Assembly: GCA_964016885.1 (NCBI GenBank)
Contig: OZ024743.1
Coordinates: 276,334,001-276,398,000, forward strand
From: Eledone cirrhosa
Taxonomy: Eukaryota
Reading direction: 5' to 3'
DNA: 64,000 bases
Shown here piece after piece: positions 13,358 to 28,094 of the stretch. Position 1 is the stretch's first letter. Each line of letters starts with the position of its first letter. The position numbers were made by a program, and so were the translations under genes. The notes under the pieces were generated by a model. The model was not told the DNA's origin. It saw only the letters and a program-made list of their open reading frames with translations, and did no database searches.

Positions 13358-14452
13358 CTGAAAAATAAAAAGCTACTCGATTAATCGCTTTAAAGTTAAT
13401 TACTAACACTCGGTAATCTGGCTCACGGTCATGCTGTATCTTCCTTCTACCTCTTCTACCACTACTAAAATGGTCTTATCTTTTGCTTAAGTTTTCTCGT
13501 CCTGTGTTTGTGGTTATCCTTTCTAGTTTCTGAACCTCTTGAGCTGGGATGGTTCTCCCAGCGCATCCGCCTCACCATCCGGAGAAACGCCCTCTATATT
13601 CTGTCCACCGGGGCTGCATAGCGGCCAGCGCGGGGGCCCACATTTGCTCACAATAATGAGAGATGGAGAGAGCTGAAGAGGCGGATGCAGTGATAGTGGG
13701 AGTTTGGTTCCTTTGTGTTCGGACCTGGTGAATATATGTGTATATATAATATCTGTAATTTGCTATATAGTTTTTGTCTACATTTTCATCACTTATAGTA
13801 ATCTTAGCTTATGGAACTATCTTTCTTTTTGTTTCCTTGATGAATATAATCTTGTGTTAATTATTCTGTCGATTGTTTTCTGGAGTTCAAGGGCAGTATC
13901 ACATTAGATTCTCCTATTTATTCTTTTTAAATATCTTTTGTAAGTAGTTGATTGTGACCTACTGTGTTGTTGGTTATTTACTGTCTTTATTCTTTTATTA
14001 ATAGTTATAAGGCTTCATGAAATTCGTCTTGGGTTGCATTGCTCCATGCACAATGACAAATACGTTCTATTCACAATTAAAAACAACAACAAAAAAAAAA
14101 AACGTTTTATTTCAATCATGACACTGCTTCTGTTTCTTGTGTCCTAAATCCTGCTCAATTTTTGCATTGCTGTTACTACGCACAACTTTTCGTAAGTTAT
14201 CATCTAATGCTTACATATTCCTCTTCTTAACATTAGACTGTTTCTCGCCAATCTTTCTTTTAACTATAGTTATCGAAGTTAGAATACATATGGCATATTT
14301 TATATTTTAGTAGAATATAACAATACTATCATGACTTTAGTGGGGAAACGTATAATGCCTTCACATTTATCAAAACAGTTTCTAATACTACGTTTACAAA
14401 CCTTTCAGAACACATTACTATTTCACCAAATGTAGGACAAGTACAGTAACAA

Positions 14453-14493
14453 CTTCAGACAGGTTTTGGTCTTTTTAAAATTCATCAGCGAAG
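14453..14493 (-). ncRNA. Degenerate hammerhead remnant
   Basis: cttcg-CTGATGA-...-aAAAC-ct-GTC-tgaag. GAAA is mutated and stem II is eroded. Confidence 0.4.
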
Positions 14494-14609
14494 CATAGCC
14501 TGACAAAGAAAATCAAGATTCATTTTGTTTAGAAAACACTCACAGCAACTAATACTAATGATTGAAGATATTTCCTAAATAAAATTGCCTAATCTCAAAA
14601 TAATAAGAG

Positions 14610-14610
<1 letters not shown>

Positions 14611-14708
<98 letters not shown>

Positions 14709-15212
14709 CTACTCACTCACTCACTCATTCACTCACTCACTCACTCACTCACTCACTCACTCACTCACTCACTCACTCACTCACTCACACACACACACAC
14801 ACACATGCTCTCACACACACACTCACTCACACACACTCACTCACACACATACACACTCACACACACACATACACACTCACTCACATACACATACACACAC
14901 ACTAACACACTCACTCACACACACATACACACACACTCACTCACACACTCACTCACTCGCACACACACACTCACACACACACACACTCACTCCCACACAT
15001 ACACACTCACTCACACACACACACGCACACACACTCACTCACACATGTACACACATACACACACACTCACTCACACACACACACATATACACACACTCAC
15101 ACACACACACTCACACACTCACTCACACACACACACTCACTCACACACATACATACACTCACTCACTCACACACACACACACTCACTCTCACACACTCAC
15201 TCACACATACAC
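14611..15212. repeat. Complex (CA)n/(CACT)n microsatellite
   Basis: Direct reading. Confidence 0.95.
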
Positions 15213-15366
15213 CCCCCCCATGCTACGCACAGTTTCTGTTCCCAAAATTTTGCTTTGGTCTGCCTAAGACAATAATTCTTCAACAATATTCATGCCATCA
15301 CCTGTATATTTATATATACAAGTATACATTTATATATATCCAACACCCCTCTCTCTCTCTCCCTTT

Positions 15367-15568
<202 letters not shown>

Positions 15569-15708
15569 AGTAATAATAATAAATTTGAAGACTAAAATCC
15601 AAAGAGGGCTCGATAAGGATAAATATATATCAAATATACATATATATATATACGTATATATATATATATAAATGAAAAGAAACAGGTAAATGTGTATAAA
15701 TATATATG

Positions 15709-15806
<98 letters not shown>

Positions 15807-15876
15807 GAGAGAGAGAGAGATAGATACATATATATTTATACACATTTACCTGTCTCTCCCTCTCTCTCTATATATT

Positions 15877-15908
<32 letters not shown>

Positions 15909-16054
15909 GGGTGTCCCAAAAACTGTATACACACTTCAACGATATTCTAAGTGTGAATATATATTTTTTTTGGAGGGGAACCATCGTATATCTTATCGCT
16001 CTCTCTCTATCCCTCTCCCTTTAGAGAAAGAAAGATACATATGTTTGTGCGTAC

Positions 16055-16112
<58 letters not shown>

Positions 16113-16356
16113 AAACACATACAGAGACAAACACACAAACACTAAGACGAAATCATACACGCCGATGGGGGTCAAAACGGACATTTTTATTGTATTCAAC
16201 TTCAAAAGACAGAAACAGATGAATTAAGCCAAATAAAAGATCTAAACTCTCTATTATAACATTAAAAAGAAATTATAAACTAGTTTTATACATTCACACA
16301 CATGTAAAAAAGAAAGAACATAACAACATAACAAAAACAAGTGTCTGTATGTGTCC

Positions 16357-16507
<151 letters not shown>

Positions 16508-16563
16508 TTATATATTATGAATTACACTGTTGGCTTCTTGCTCACATTAATTTCTCTATTTTC

Positions 16564-16624
<61 letters not shown>

Positions 16625-16995
16625 TTGTGTGTGTGTGTGAATGACTGTGTATATATATATATGTATTTATATGTATATCTATATGCATGTATATTTATGC
16701 GCATATATATATATATATATATGTATATACACACACATATATTTGTAGATCCCCGAGTTGTCTTGGGGTGTAACCACAGTTAAAAAAGTTACTCAATACA
16801 TTGGTAGAGTATAATCATCTCTTATTATATATATAGAAAAGACTGCTACAGGACTAGAACTGTTTCATTCGTATGAATGAATGTGCATGCAATTGAAAGA
16901 TAAAAAACACTCAATACGTAATACAGAGCATATATTTGTAGATTTGTAGGCTGTTCACGTATAGAATTGTTGAGTTTCTCAAGTAATAAACCACG

Positions 16996-17189
16996 CAGAC
17001 CTGTCAAAATCTCCCCATCCGACGAGAGATCTCCCATTTACTTTGGGGTGGGTGAGAGATGTCTTCCCTTGTGAAAATGGGTATAGCTTTCATTATATAC
17101 AATTTCCCCATTTTGTCTCATTTCTCCTCGTTTTGGGGCACTTTTTTCATGATACTCCCCGTTTGGGTTTTTAGAGGTTGGCAGGTCTG
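16996..17189. mobile_element. MITE with 12-bp TIRs
   Basis: CAGACCTGTCAA ... TTGGCAGGTCTG; second copy at 2303-2472. Confidence 0.75.
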
Positions 17190-17391
17190 CAATTGTTACT
17201 CAGAGTTTCTGGAGTAATAAACCACGTGCCTGACACAATAAGATGTCCTGTCATCTCAGACATCTCATTCGTTGATACACGTGCTGTCGTGCCTGGGAAA
17301 CTACATGCAATGGTCGTCATTCACTAGCTTCCTATTTACAAATATCTATCTATCTTCTGTGTATGTATACGTGCGTGCATGTACACAACAT

Positions 17392-17422
<31 letters not shown>

Positions 17423-17443
17423 CACACACACTCATATATATAT

Positions 17444-17558
<115 letters not shown>

Positions 17559-17735
17559 TATGTATATATATACACACACACACACATACACATATATTTG
17601 AATGTATATATATATATATATATATGCACCAATCACAAACTTTCTGCTTTGAGCACTGGCCACGTGATGATTCTTAGCCATTTTGAATTCGTTTCTGGCG
17701 GGGATCATGGTCGAAAAATCTTTGTCCAATTGAGT

Positions 17736-17821
17736 TATCTCCTGATGATTTCCAAACCTCGTTGATCTATCCAAGATCGGATATATCCAACAATGGAATG
17801 AAACCGCCGAGGATGGAGATA
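17736..17821 (+). ncRNA. Hammerhead-like motif with long stem II and non-canonical cleavage site
   Basis: tatctc-CTGATGA-tttcca...tggaat-GAAAC-cgccgaggatg-gagata, inside a TA-flanked insert (about 17625-18117). No NUH triplet in register. Confidence 0.45.
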
Positions 17822-18113
17822 TTTTGATGATTTTGGTAAGGTTTATGTACATTTTTTCTTCTAACTTTGATTTTGTACCTAATTATGTATGGTTAGCTAT
17901 ATGTCAAGTCAATTTCTACAGGCTATTAGAAATATTAGATAATTTTTTTTGTAGCTGTGCGTCGCGGATAAGAAGCTATATCATTTATCTATTGTTTCTT
18001 CATAAGTACATTTTAAACTTATAGCCTCGTTTAAATGATTTTTTGTGTGGTTGATTTATGCTGATTGGGAGAAGAAATATTGTATATATTTTATCTAATG
18101 ATTCTATGGACTT

Positions 18114-18150
<37 letters not shown>

Positions 18151-18445
18151 TTAGAAATTATAAGCTTTCACCGTATTTTAGACATGGAATGTACGGCAAC
18201 ACTAATCTTTTTCCATTTCTCCGAGGGTTATAAACCCCACTATCAGGCTAGAAATTTCTTTAGTCTAAAATACGGTGAAAGCTTATAATTTCTAATTTCT
18301 AATTTCAAACTCGCGCACCGTTTCAGAAACATACTTACATGTTTACGTTTATAATTTGCTTGTTTATATATATATATATCCTGGATGCACATAGCATAAC
18401 ACAGAAAAAATTACCTTTTTATGATGTCTACCTGTTATTATTCAT

Positions 18446-18507
<62 letters not shown>

Positions 18508-18587
18508 TATTTGTATATATATATGTCTGTGTGTATACACACACAAACACAAACACACACAAACACACGCGTACACACGCACGCACG

Positions 18588-18657
<70 letters not shown>

Positions 18658-19410
18658 CATATATATAGCTATCTACACCCTCTCCATCCATTATATATAC
18701 AAAGAGCGAGGCTGATAAAAGCTAGACATTGATATGGATATAATATGCATGCATAAATATTATACGTGTGTGTAAATAAATATGCATGTATAACTCATAA
18801 GATATATACATACACATATATATATGTATACATATATATATATATGTATGTGTGTGTGTATGTATATGTGTATATGTATATATGTACATATATATATATA
18901 TATATGCATATGTTTTTCTTATGTAATAAACATAATTGTCTATATGTCCTCGTTTGATGTTCACTTGTTTAGTGTAGTTTGATTACGATTGAGGTCAGAT
19001 GCTACTGAGTGCAACTTGGGGAAGTCCTACTCTCATCGTTTATGTTGCTAATATTCATGTCATGCCGTGGTACACTGTAGGACGTGTAGGGGGTAGCAGA
19101 GTGGTGAATTTTTGCTCTTGAAAGTCGAGCTTGCTATCTTTATATGTGTGTTTTTTTAATACTTTTGGTGATTCGCATATAAATACTGCATGGGGTAGGA
19201 TTTATGTTTAGCACTAGTGAACCCGTGCCGTCAACAATCAGGACAATAACTTTGAACGTATTTAACACATTTCTAACCGTATTTCTCATGAAATACTATT
19301 TCAACTGAGGAAACATTTTGACGGAGGGCGTGAGTAAAAATATTTCCTATTTCATTACTATGACAGTAACTTAAGATATGGTTCTTATATAAAATTATGA
19401 TAGAACATTA

Positions 19411-19617
19411 TAATAGTTTCTGATTTAGGTAAAAGGCCAACAATTTGGGGGAAGGGGAAGTAAATTAAGTTGACCCAGTTTGTTACTGATACTTTATTTT
19501 GTCGACCCCCTAAGGATGAAAGGCAAAGCTAACATTGGTGGGATTTTAACACAGAACGTAAAGGGCCGTAATTCTATGCAGCAAAGCATGTTGCTCAATA
19601 CTGTCAGCTACTGCCCT
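19411..19617 (-). mobile_element. SINE S1, diverged full-length copy
   Basis: Core actttattttgtcgacccctaaggatgaaaggcaaag and the tRNA-like head are recognisable. Confidence 0.75.
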
Positions 19618-19647
19618 CATGTTAGAAGATTATAATATATATATATG

Positions 19648-19713
<66 letters not shown>

Positions 19714-19720
<7 letters not shown>

Positions 19721-20064
19721 GTGAGGTTTTTTTTACAAAATGAAAAATAACCGAGGTGTCCTACACGAGTGAAAGTACAAAGAAAAAAAGATGAAATCTA
19801 AAATGCAACTGGAGTCTTATTTTTTAAAAAATATATATATTTATCTGGTTCCTTTACCGGTTTCGCAGTTCTTCTGCTTTTCAAAAGTAGAGTTGAGATG
19901 GAGGGTCTGTGGTTTTTCTCACATGTGAGAAAAACCACAGACCCTCCATCTCAACTCTACTTTTGAAAAGCAGAAGAACTGCGAAACCGGTAAAGGAACC
20001 AGATAAATATATATATTTAAAAAAAAATAAGACTCCAGTTGCATTTTAGATTTCATCTTTTTTT

Positions 20065-20068
<4 letters not shown>
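19714..20068. mobile_element. Family P3 fold-back (~145-bp-arm palindrome) in (TA)n
   Basis: Arms 19779-19923 and 19924-20068 are centred on ctcacatgtgag. Confidence 0.85.
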
Positions 20069-20098
<30 letters not shown>

Positions 20099-20249
20099 TC
20101 CCGTAACTCCCGGGGGAGTCGTAGGGGGCGCCGTATTGACATACGAGGTTTCTTGGGCATTTTAAGCTTGGAGAAGCCCATTCCTCTCCAGGCCTGAGTA
20201 CAACAGCTTTCTTCCAGAGAAAGATAGAAAGTGAGAAAGAAATATAGAG

Positions 20250-20378
20250 GAAGAATCGACCCCAGTAATAGACTGGTACTTTTTGTTATCGACCTCGAAA
20301 GGATGAAAGGCAGAGAACCGTGATGAATACCATAAAGCATTCTATCCGACGTTCTAACGACTCTGCCAATTCGTCGCC
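20250..20378 (-). mobile_element. SINE S1, internally deleted
   Basis: gactggtactttttgttatcgacctcgaaaggatgaaaggc ... ctctgccaattcgtcgcc. Confidence 0.7.
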
Positions 20379-22095
20379 TATGAACAATTATCAAACTGGG
20401 AAATTTGTCTTTTGATAATGATTTACAGGAGAGAAGCTCTTTAGTTTACGTTGATTACTGACACGTATGTGATTAAAGATAAGTACAATATAGGACAATT
20501 TATTTCGAAGATATAACTACATATGCGGATCGAGTCCTCCTTTGAGCAACACCAACACATCTACCTTCGTTCTGATTCAGTGTGTGGCTTAATTCCGTGT
20601 TCTCTTCATCAATCAGTATCCTTCTTGATGAGAGCATCCGCATTGGAGTGACCCTGTGCCTTGGCCTCCTTGTGTGCTTAACCATACAAATGCCGTTGTG
20701 GAGACATAGTCGACGAGTTCTGACTCTAACCGCTCTCTTGTCGCTACGGTATAGGTCAGTTCCTTCGACACTCCGCCTTGCACAACATCATAAGAAGGAG
20801 CCTTGACGTGACCAGTTTCCCCATCATAACCGGAGCTTGTTTGAGGTGGGTAAATCTCTAATCTGGGACACCACGTGCTGCGACACGACCAGACACTTTT
20901 CCCATTCACGGTGAGTGTATATTTAATGTGGGACACCTCGTGCTGCGCTACGTTCAGGCCTTTTCCCATTCGCGGTGGGTATATCTCTAATTTGGGACGC
21001 CACGTGCTGCGACACATTCTTCGCCTCAACCTTGTTGCTTCGGCCACAAACCTCGGACTTGACAGACTACTTTCTTTTCGTGCAGGTCACTATCGAAACC
21101 TTGGGTGTTCTTACACCCTGAACTGCCGGTTTCCTACGCAAAATTGAGAGGAGTGCATCCTACTGGAGAAAAAAGTGGCAAAAGGCAGAGTAGCTGATGC
21201 TGCAGGTATCACTGACTGTTCTCCACGACAATACTTTTACCGTCATGTCCACGGGGCGCAGGCGATATACCCCCTAGATTGAGGCGTAAATTCCCCTTAA
21301 CGTTACTTTCATTAGTTAATTTTTTTTATTGCAAACATTATAGAATTTAATAGAAACTTTTAAATCAGTCCATTACATAAATGTTTAGCGTTCGGGATTA
21401 AATGTGTGAGTAATTCTGCAGAAAATAACTCAAACTATTTACAGTGTCCAATATTGGATTAAAACCCTGGACCTTGCAACTGGAAAAAAACGAACTTCTT
21501 ATTGTAGCGATATGACTGAGAAAGGAAATGTATATGTATGTATGTGTGTATGTTTGAGTGAGTAAATTTGAATGAGGTACTGGCGGATATTTATATAAAT
21601 AAGTATATAAACACACATGGCATATTGTTATGATTGATATGTATGTGAGCGTGTGTGTGTGTGCGTGAGTGCGTGCGTGTGCAGTGTGTGTGTGTGCGTG
21701 TAGTGTGAGTATGGTCTTTGTACGTCACATGGTACAATCGATTTGCACCAGGAAATCTCTTCTTCAAAGCGCAGGTTTGGGCAAGATTATTATGTGGAGG
21801 ATTAGCAGCCATCCATATTCCGCCTGACCAATATTGTCCAAGGGAAAGCAGAAGCCAATACAGCTCGAGACCAATGTCGTCGCAGACAAGCTAAGAACAT
21901 AAAGGGCTGAAAGAGATAGCGCAAAGTATCCTTAACGGCGCTCTAACAATTACGCTCTGGATTGGTAATTTATTTATAGACCCTTAAAAGAATGAAAGGC
22001 AAAATCAGCATTGGAGGGATTTGAACTCAGGGCTCTGAGAGTTGGTGTAAATACTGCAAGGCATTCAATCCAATTCTCTAACGGAAATGAATAGC

Positions 22096-23566
22096 CTAAT
22101 TTTCGTTGTTTTCTTGATTGGAGATACCCAAACCTTCGATAAGGAGTTGAGAGCCTTCTGATACATTATCTATCCTGGTGTCCACATCGTGCTCTGTATT
22201 CAAGGAACTGCTTAGGTATAATACGTCACCCACTTCTTTAATCACTTCAGCTAGAAAGGATTCTAATTCATCAGCAACTGAGTCATCAATTGTTCTTACC
22301 ATGTTGACATCTTCCCTTAGCGCCCTCCAGTAAAGCTGTTTCTTGCTAGATCTCCTGTTTGAGAAGAAGCTGATTGTAACTTAGGCCATGATGATGTTGC
22401 GATCTTCTCCAATGGCCACAGAGGAAGTATGTACCTGACAATCATGAATGATGTTCCCCCATCATTTCCTGTAAATGATATAGTCAATTTGGGAAATATG
22501 TCCAATTGGGTGTCTCCAATTCCACAGTTTCCGTTTTGATTTATGGAAAATGGCATTCGCGGCTAGGAGATTATGTTGATGTAGAAACTCTTCTAGAAAT
22601 ATGCCGTTTCTGTTAGTACTCTTGTGGTATGAAAATTTGCACATTGAAGTCTCCCAATAATTAGCATGGTATGCTGGGGTACTTCAGAAATAGTGGCACT
22701 CAGAAGATGGTTAAACTGTTCTATTTCCTCTTCTGGCAGGTAATTGTGGGATAAATAACAGCTTATAACAACAGTTTAGGTATTTGCCTTGAATACTACG
22801 GTGACAATCCGGCCATTGTCCTTAGTTACCTTTGTAAGTAAAAGAAGGATGTGTATGTAGAAGAAGGATGTGTATTTGTACTATAAAACAAGCTCCCCCC
22901 AATTGCAGCACTGATGCTGATGCAGTAAACAGAGAGCTTTTGCCGATATGGGGGATTATGCCGGAATCATTTTCTTTGTGTTCTTGAACAAATACATTTG
23001 CAATCTTATAGGTGTTGATATGCTTGTTGAGCTCATCATGGGAAAAGAAGGACATGAGTGAGTCGCTGTTTAGAGAGCCGAAGGTGTATGATCTCTTTGG
23101 TCGAGATAGTCCCCGCCCCCTGTTCTGACATCAAGGGATACTCATTTTCATAGGACGAAGTTGAGCCTTCTTCAAGACCATGTAAGTACAGAAAATCACG
23201 GGCTCTAACCGCGGAGCTGTTGTTTTCACCAGTTGTTTTCTATTATCAGAAATATTATGATGATTTGCCAGGACTCTCACAGGTGCAGTACCCCACTGAT
23301 GAAAGCAGAGTTCCCCTATGTTGACCCGATGATTGGTTTCTCCGCAATAACTGTTGATCGGCGTTCACTTTTCAGCCCAATCACCAATCCTACTTCCCAA
23401 ATGGATCTTATCGTAATTCCGCACGGGTGGCTGGTAGGTACTATGCCTTGCCAAAGGGCAACTTGGGATTTGGTCTAGGACTGCTTATTCAGTATGTTCG
23501 CAGCTAACTTTCATATCTGAAAGCCGTTCCTCTGTCCGCCACCTGAGGGCCCGGTGCTATGGGAGT
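22096..23566 (-). mobile_element. Decayed RTE-type LINE, 5' leader plus APE endonuclease remnant
   Basis: The peptides TNRNGIFLEEFLHQHNLLAANAIFHKSKRKLWNWRHP and SQIDYI are typical of RTE-clade APE domains. Multiple frameshifts; the leader ends at a (TA) tract. Confidence 0.7.
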
Positions 23567-23738
23567 TATATAAATATATATATATATATATGGTGTCATT
23601 ACCACCAAAGAGGCCCGATGAGCCATTGATTACAGAGTCGGGCTAGATCGATACAGATCGAACCTTGAGCTGATCAATAGCGAAACGCGAGTCACTATCC
23701 AATAAACGTAATGAAGGAGTAACCATTCGTCCTTGTTT

Positions 23739-23838
<100 letters not shown>

Positions 23839-24031
23839 TAAAACATGTCTATAGAATCACCAGATAAAATATATACCATTTCCTCTCCCAATTAGCATAA
23901 TCAACTATATAAAAAATGGTTTTATCTGGTGATTCTATAGACATGTTTTATGATATATAGCTCTGATTATTTAATTTATTAACTTTTCATTGAGCCACAA
24001 TGTGACCCGTTGCAAAACACGTATATGTATG

Positions 24032-24141
<110 letters not shown>

Positions 24142-24780
24142 ACATTTATCTAGACAATATCTTTCCCTTGAATTTTTGTTACTGCCCCTAATGAAATTTT
24201 AAAATTTATATTAGTAGAGCTGACTTTAGTGACTACCTGTAGCACTTTGGTTAACCTATACTTTTGTCAGACGATATGATTAATTTCTTTATGTATTAAG
24301 ACTCTACTTGAAATTCACTGAAACAGTCATGAGATATACGAGAAGTTACGCTAAAGATACACGTGTCTGTTGAATACTCAGTTTCTTACAGCTAAATTTC
24401 ACGAGCAGGCTGTTTCGTTTATTAAACAATTAGAATATGTCGAAGATGACAATGATCGTATCAGATGCATTAAAAACGTATTGACACCAGAGCTGATGTT
24501 TGCCAAGAAGGTTTATGGGACATTGTCAGAAAGAATACAGCATTTTGGTCTCCTCCCACATTTATTGACTTCTGCGTTGGATTTGTTTTATTACTATATT
24601 CCACAAAAGAGATTGCTTACAAAATATAAACTCGAACTGGCAGATTTGTTAGGGCATCGGATAAAAAATACATCGGCATTTGTTCTATGACACTGCGCTC
24701 CGAGTTCAAATTTCGCCGAAGGCACTTTGTTTTTCATAAAGTAGAGTATTTGAATCGGCTCTTTCTTTTCTTCTCCTCAC

Positions 24781-24872
24781 TCTCTCTGTGTGGAAGAAAT
24801 TGGGTGTGTTTGGATCTGGAGGCGCATGGGTTCCGCTCGGTTTAAAAAGCTCAAGACACTTTTTGTATCCAT
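24781..24872 (-). CDS. Candidate exon (DGYKKCLELFKPSGTHAPPDPNTPNFFHTER)
   Basis: cccttaaattcag| ... |gtgagg, 92 nt. It ends in phase 0, compatible with the 13357 exon, but a second frame is also open. Confidence 0.35.
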
Positions 24873-24934
24873 CTGAATTTAAGGGCACGTGCGTGTTTAA
24901 AGGCTTTCATTCGAAACTCTGTACTTTCGTGACA

Positions 24935-25025
24935 GTATGGGGTGAGTGTCTTCTACTATAGCCACGGGTTTACTACTGTTTTATGAGTGAGATTTGATAG
25001 ACAGAAACTGTGCGGACGCCCGTCT
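24935..25025 (+). mobile_element. SINE fragment (gtgtcttctactatagcc...gacagaaactg...cccgtc then TA)
   Basis: Resembles a common octopod SINE body that precedes a TA/TG tract (recalled, not searched). Confidence 0.45.
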
Positions 25026-25026
25026 T

Positions 25027-25091
<65 letters not shown>

Positions 25092-25321
25092 GGTGTGACG
25101 TATCTGAGGACCTTGCGATTTCAGAGTCAGGTCCGATCATTGCATCGATCGTGCCTCGAGCTGGTCGCTAGAGAAACGATTGTAATATGTCTAATAAATG
25201 TTTTTCGTCGCACCACTGATTCTTCGTTTCTTATGTGATATATATATATATATATATATATACAGTATACATATATATATATATACAGTATACATATATA
25301 TATATTATATATATATATACA

Positions 25322-25404
<83 letters not shown>

Positions 25405-25586
25405 GCATATATATATATGTATCTATCTATCTCTATATATATATATATATATATATATACATACATGTATATATAAGATTAGGAAGGCCAGGTGCTACAA
25501 CGGTGCCATACCAGGTACCAACGTTTCGTTAGCCCTGATGATCAAGTTGTTCAGCCAACTTGTGGAAATTATTCAGTAGCCAGCAC

Positions 25587-25653
<67 letters not shown>

Positions 25654-25854
25654 CGTGCGTGTGCGTGCGCGCGCGTATGTGTGTCCGTATCCATATCTTT
25701 GTTTATATCCGTTTTTTTTAAAATATATATTTTACACACACATACGTTTTCGCATACATATATTAAATCTTTTCTGTCATACCATAAAAGTTTCCAACAC
25801 ACATGTATATATATTAAACTCTGAACTAGGCGTATACAATTAGCTCGACTACAA

Positions 25855-26060
25855 ATACATACATTCGTACATACATACATACACACATACATACATACAT
25901 ACATACATACATACATACATACATACATACATACATACATACATACATACATACATACATACATACATACATACATACATACATACATTCATACATATAT
26001 ACATACATACATATATACACACATACATTCATACATATATACATACATACATACATACAT
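25855..26060. repeat. (TACA)n microsatellite
   Basis: Direct reading. Confidence 0.95.
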
Positions 26061-26658
26061 AATCGCGCTTATAAAATTATGAAGCTTCCATTACCTCCGC
26101 CCTTCCGTTACACCATACACATACAAACAATGTTCTCCTATCTACAAGTGACCTTTAACGTCAATAACTCTAATAAAGGAATGAGCTTTTATATGAGTTG
26201 CTTGACCTTCTAATTCACTGACCAAATCTTCCCTCAAACAAATTTCTTAAGACTTCGGTGCTGGGATCAAATATGTCATGTCTTAATCCTTAAGATAACA
26301 AGCCCGACAAAGGTAGGATAGATTCAGCCCAAAAGCTCACCGAGCAATGAAGTTTAACAAAACTCCAGCAAACCAGATTTAAATCGAAGGATCTTCTCGT
26401 AGAAATCCTCTTTAGGCTGAATAAATACAAATTTGGCTCGCTTGGATTCTTAAGAGGATAAATATATAGTGGCCTGAGTGAACGGTAGTATATTACTGGT
26501 AGCTATGTTTTTTTACAGGCCCTCTACCCCGAGGGATAATAGACGAAATTGGAGGCTACATTGCAGCATTATAATGGATCTTGCCCTATTTCTAAGATCT
26601 CTGATTAAAAAACTGTATTTAGAACTCTTTCAACCACCTCTCGCACACACACACATCC

Positions 26659-26699
<41 letters not shown>

Positions 26700-26769
26700 T
26701 ATATATAAGCACACATACACACACACACGCGCATACATTTATGGATAGATAGATAATTTTAAGGAAGGA

Positions 26770-27050
26770 CTTTTGAGAAATTGTTGTTGTAGGACCTCTG
26801 TCATTTCCAGTGGCGAATGAGCAATCCACAGACACGTTCACCCTTTATGAAGTTCTCAGGGAGATTTAGTGTGACACAATATGTGACAAGGCTGGCTCCT
26901 TGAATTACAAGTACAACCCATTTTTGCCAACTGAGTGGACTGAAGCAAAGCCTCTTGCTCAAGGACACAATGCGCCACTCGGCTCGGGAATCGAAATCAC
27001 GACTTTTATTATTGTGAGCTGAACATCCTAACCATTAAACCTCATACCTT
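26770..27050 (-). mobile_element. tRNA-derived SINE, family S3
   Basis: Minus-strand head tggttaggatgttcagctcac...gtcgtgatttcgattcccg (A/B-box-like) followed by ttgtgtccttgagcaag. Confidence 0.6.
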
Positions 27051-27224
27051 CACATTATGAGAAGTAGTGTTGTTCAGGTAGTTAGCAGCTTAAACGAAAT
27101 AAAATGGTTCTGACTGAGAATCAAAATAAGGGTATTGGCTTAATTACTGCAGAAGAGTTTTCCTGTACATTTTAAGCATACACCAACAAAAGGTTGTAGA
27201 AAAAAGAGTGTATATTTGACTTTA

Positions 27225-27362
27225 TTTATTTATTTGGCGTCGGATAAAATGGTTTGTGGTTTCGTTTCGGCTCTCTATGCTCTGAGTTCAAAACCCACCG
27301 AGGTCAACTTTACCTTTCATCCTTTCGAGGTCGATAAAAAAGTACTAGTCTAATATTGGGCT
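27225..27362 (+). mobile_element. SINE S1 fragment
   Basis: ctgagttcaaaacccaccgaggtcaactttacctttcatcctttcgaggtcgataaaa. Confidence 0.7.
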
Positions 27363-27983
27363 AAATTCTTCCTCTATATTTCTTTCTCAATTCCCCTCTA
27401 TCAGTCTCTCTTTCTCTGCAAAAAGAAATCGGCTGTGTTTAGAGCTAAAAGAGGATGGAATCCGCCTGATTTAAAAAAGTACCTAACGTACGCTGCATGT
27501 CACCTTGGGTCCCTTACAACCCCAACAGAAGTTACGGATCCAAACATAGATTTATTTATAACAGAAAAACCCATAATATAATCTTTAAATATTAATTTCG
27601 TCGTTAAATACTAAATCAAAGACGAAATATATAACATTATTAATATCTTTTTTAAGCATTCGTCACTGATTATATTAAAAACGCAGAATCGTTAGAGTTG
27701 GGAGATATGCTTAGTGGGTATTTGTCCCAGCTTTTGACATTCTGAATCCAAATGTCACCGAGGTCAACTTTGCCAGTCATTTCTCTTACAAATATTATAA
27801 TTTCAACTAACCTTGCTCTGATCACATAAAAGAAAAAAAAAAATCATACTAAACCTGCCTTTTCCACTAAGCAGTTCACACTCACCCACATTAAATCACC
27901 ATAACACCATATGGCCCTCTCCACCGCTTTGGATATTTCCACAACACTGCTACACAGCAAAGTTGTTTCGCAATAAATTATTA

Positions 27984-28094
27984 TTCCCGCCGAGGTTAAC
28001 TTTGCCTTTCATCCTTACGAGGTCGATAAAATAAAGTACCAGTAATGTACTGGGTAATTGCTGGTCTTGTGCCAAAAAGTAGAAACAATTATTA
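27984..28094 (+). mobile_element. SINE S1, 5'-truncated, flanked by short ATT tracts
   Basis: attattatt|cccgccgaggttaac...ggtcttgtgccaaaaagtagaaacaattattat. Confidence 0.8.

Noticed and set aside
15905-15940. Tc1/mariner-like TIR (cagggtgtcccaaaa)
   Set aside because: Single short end with no partner or transposase sequence.
24370-24690. 106-aa plus-strand ORF with protein-like composition
   Set aside because: No recognisable motif, no clear donor site, and the 3' part runs into a SINE fragment; unresolved.
25535-25580. CTGATGA-caagttg/caacttg-GAAA hammerhead candidate
   Set aside because: Good stem II but no stem I pairing and an implausible stem III.
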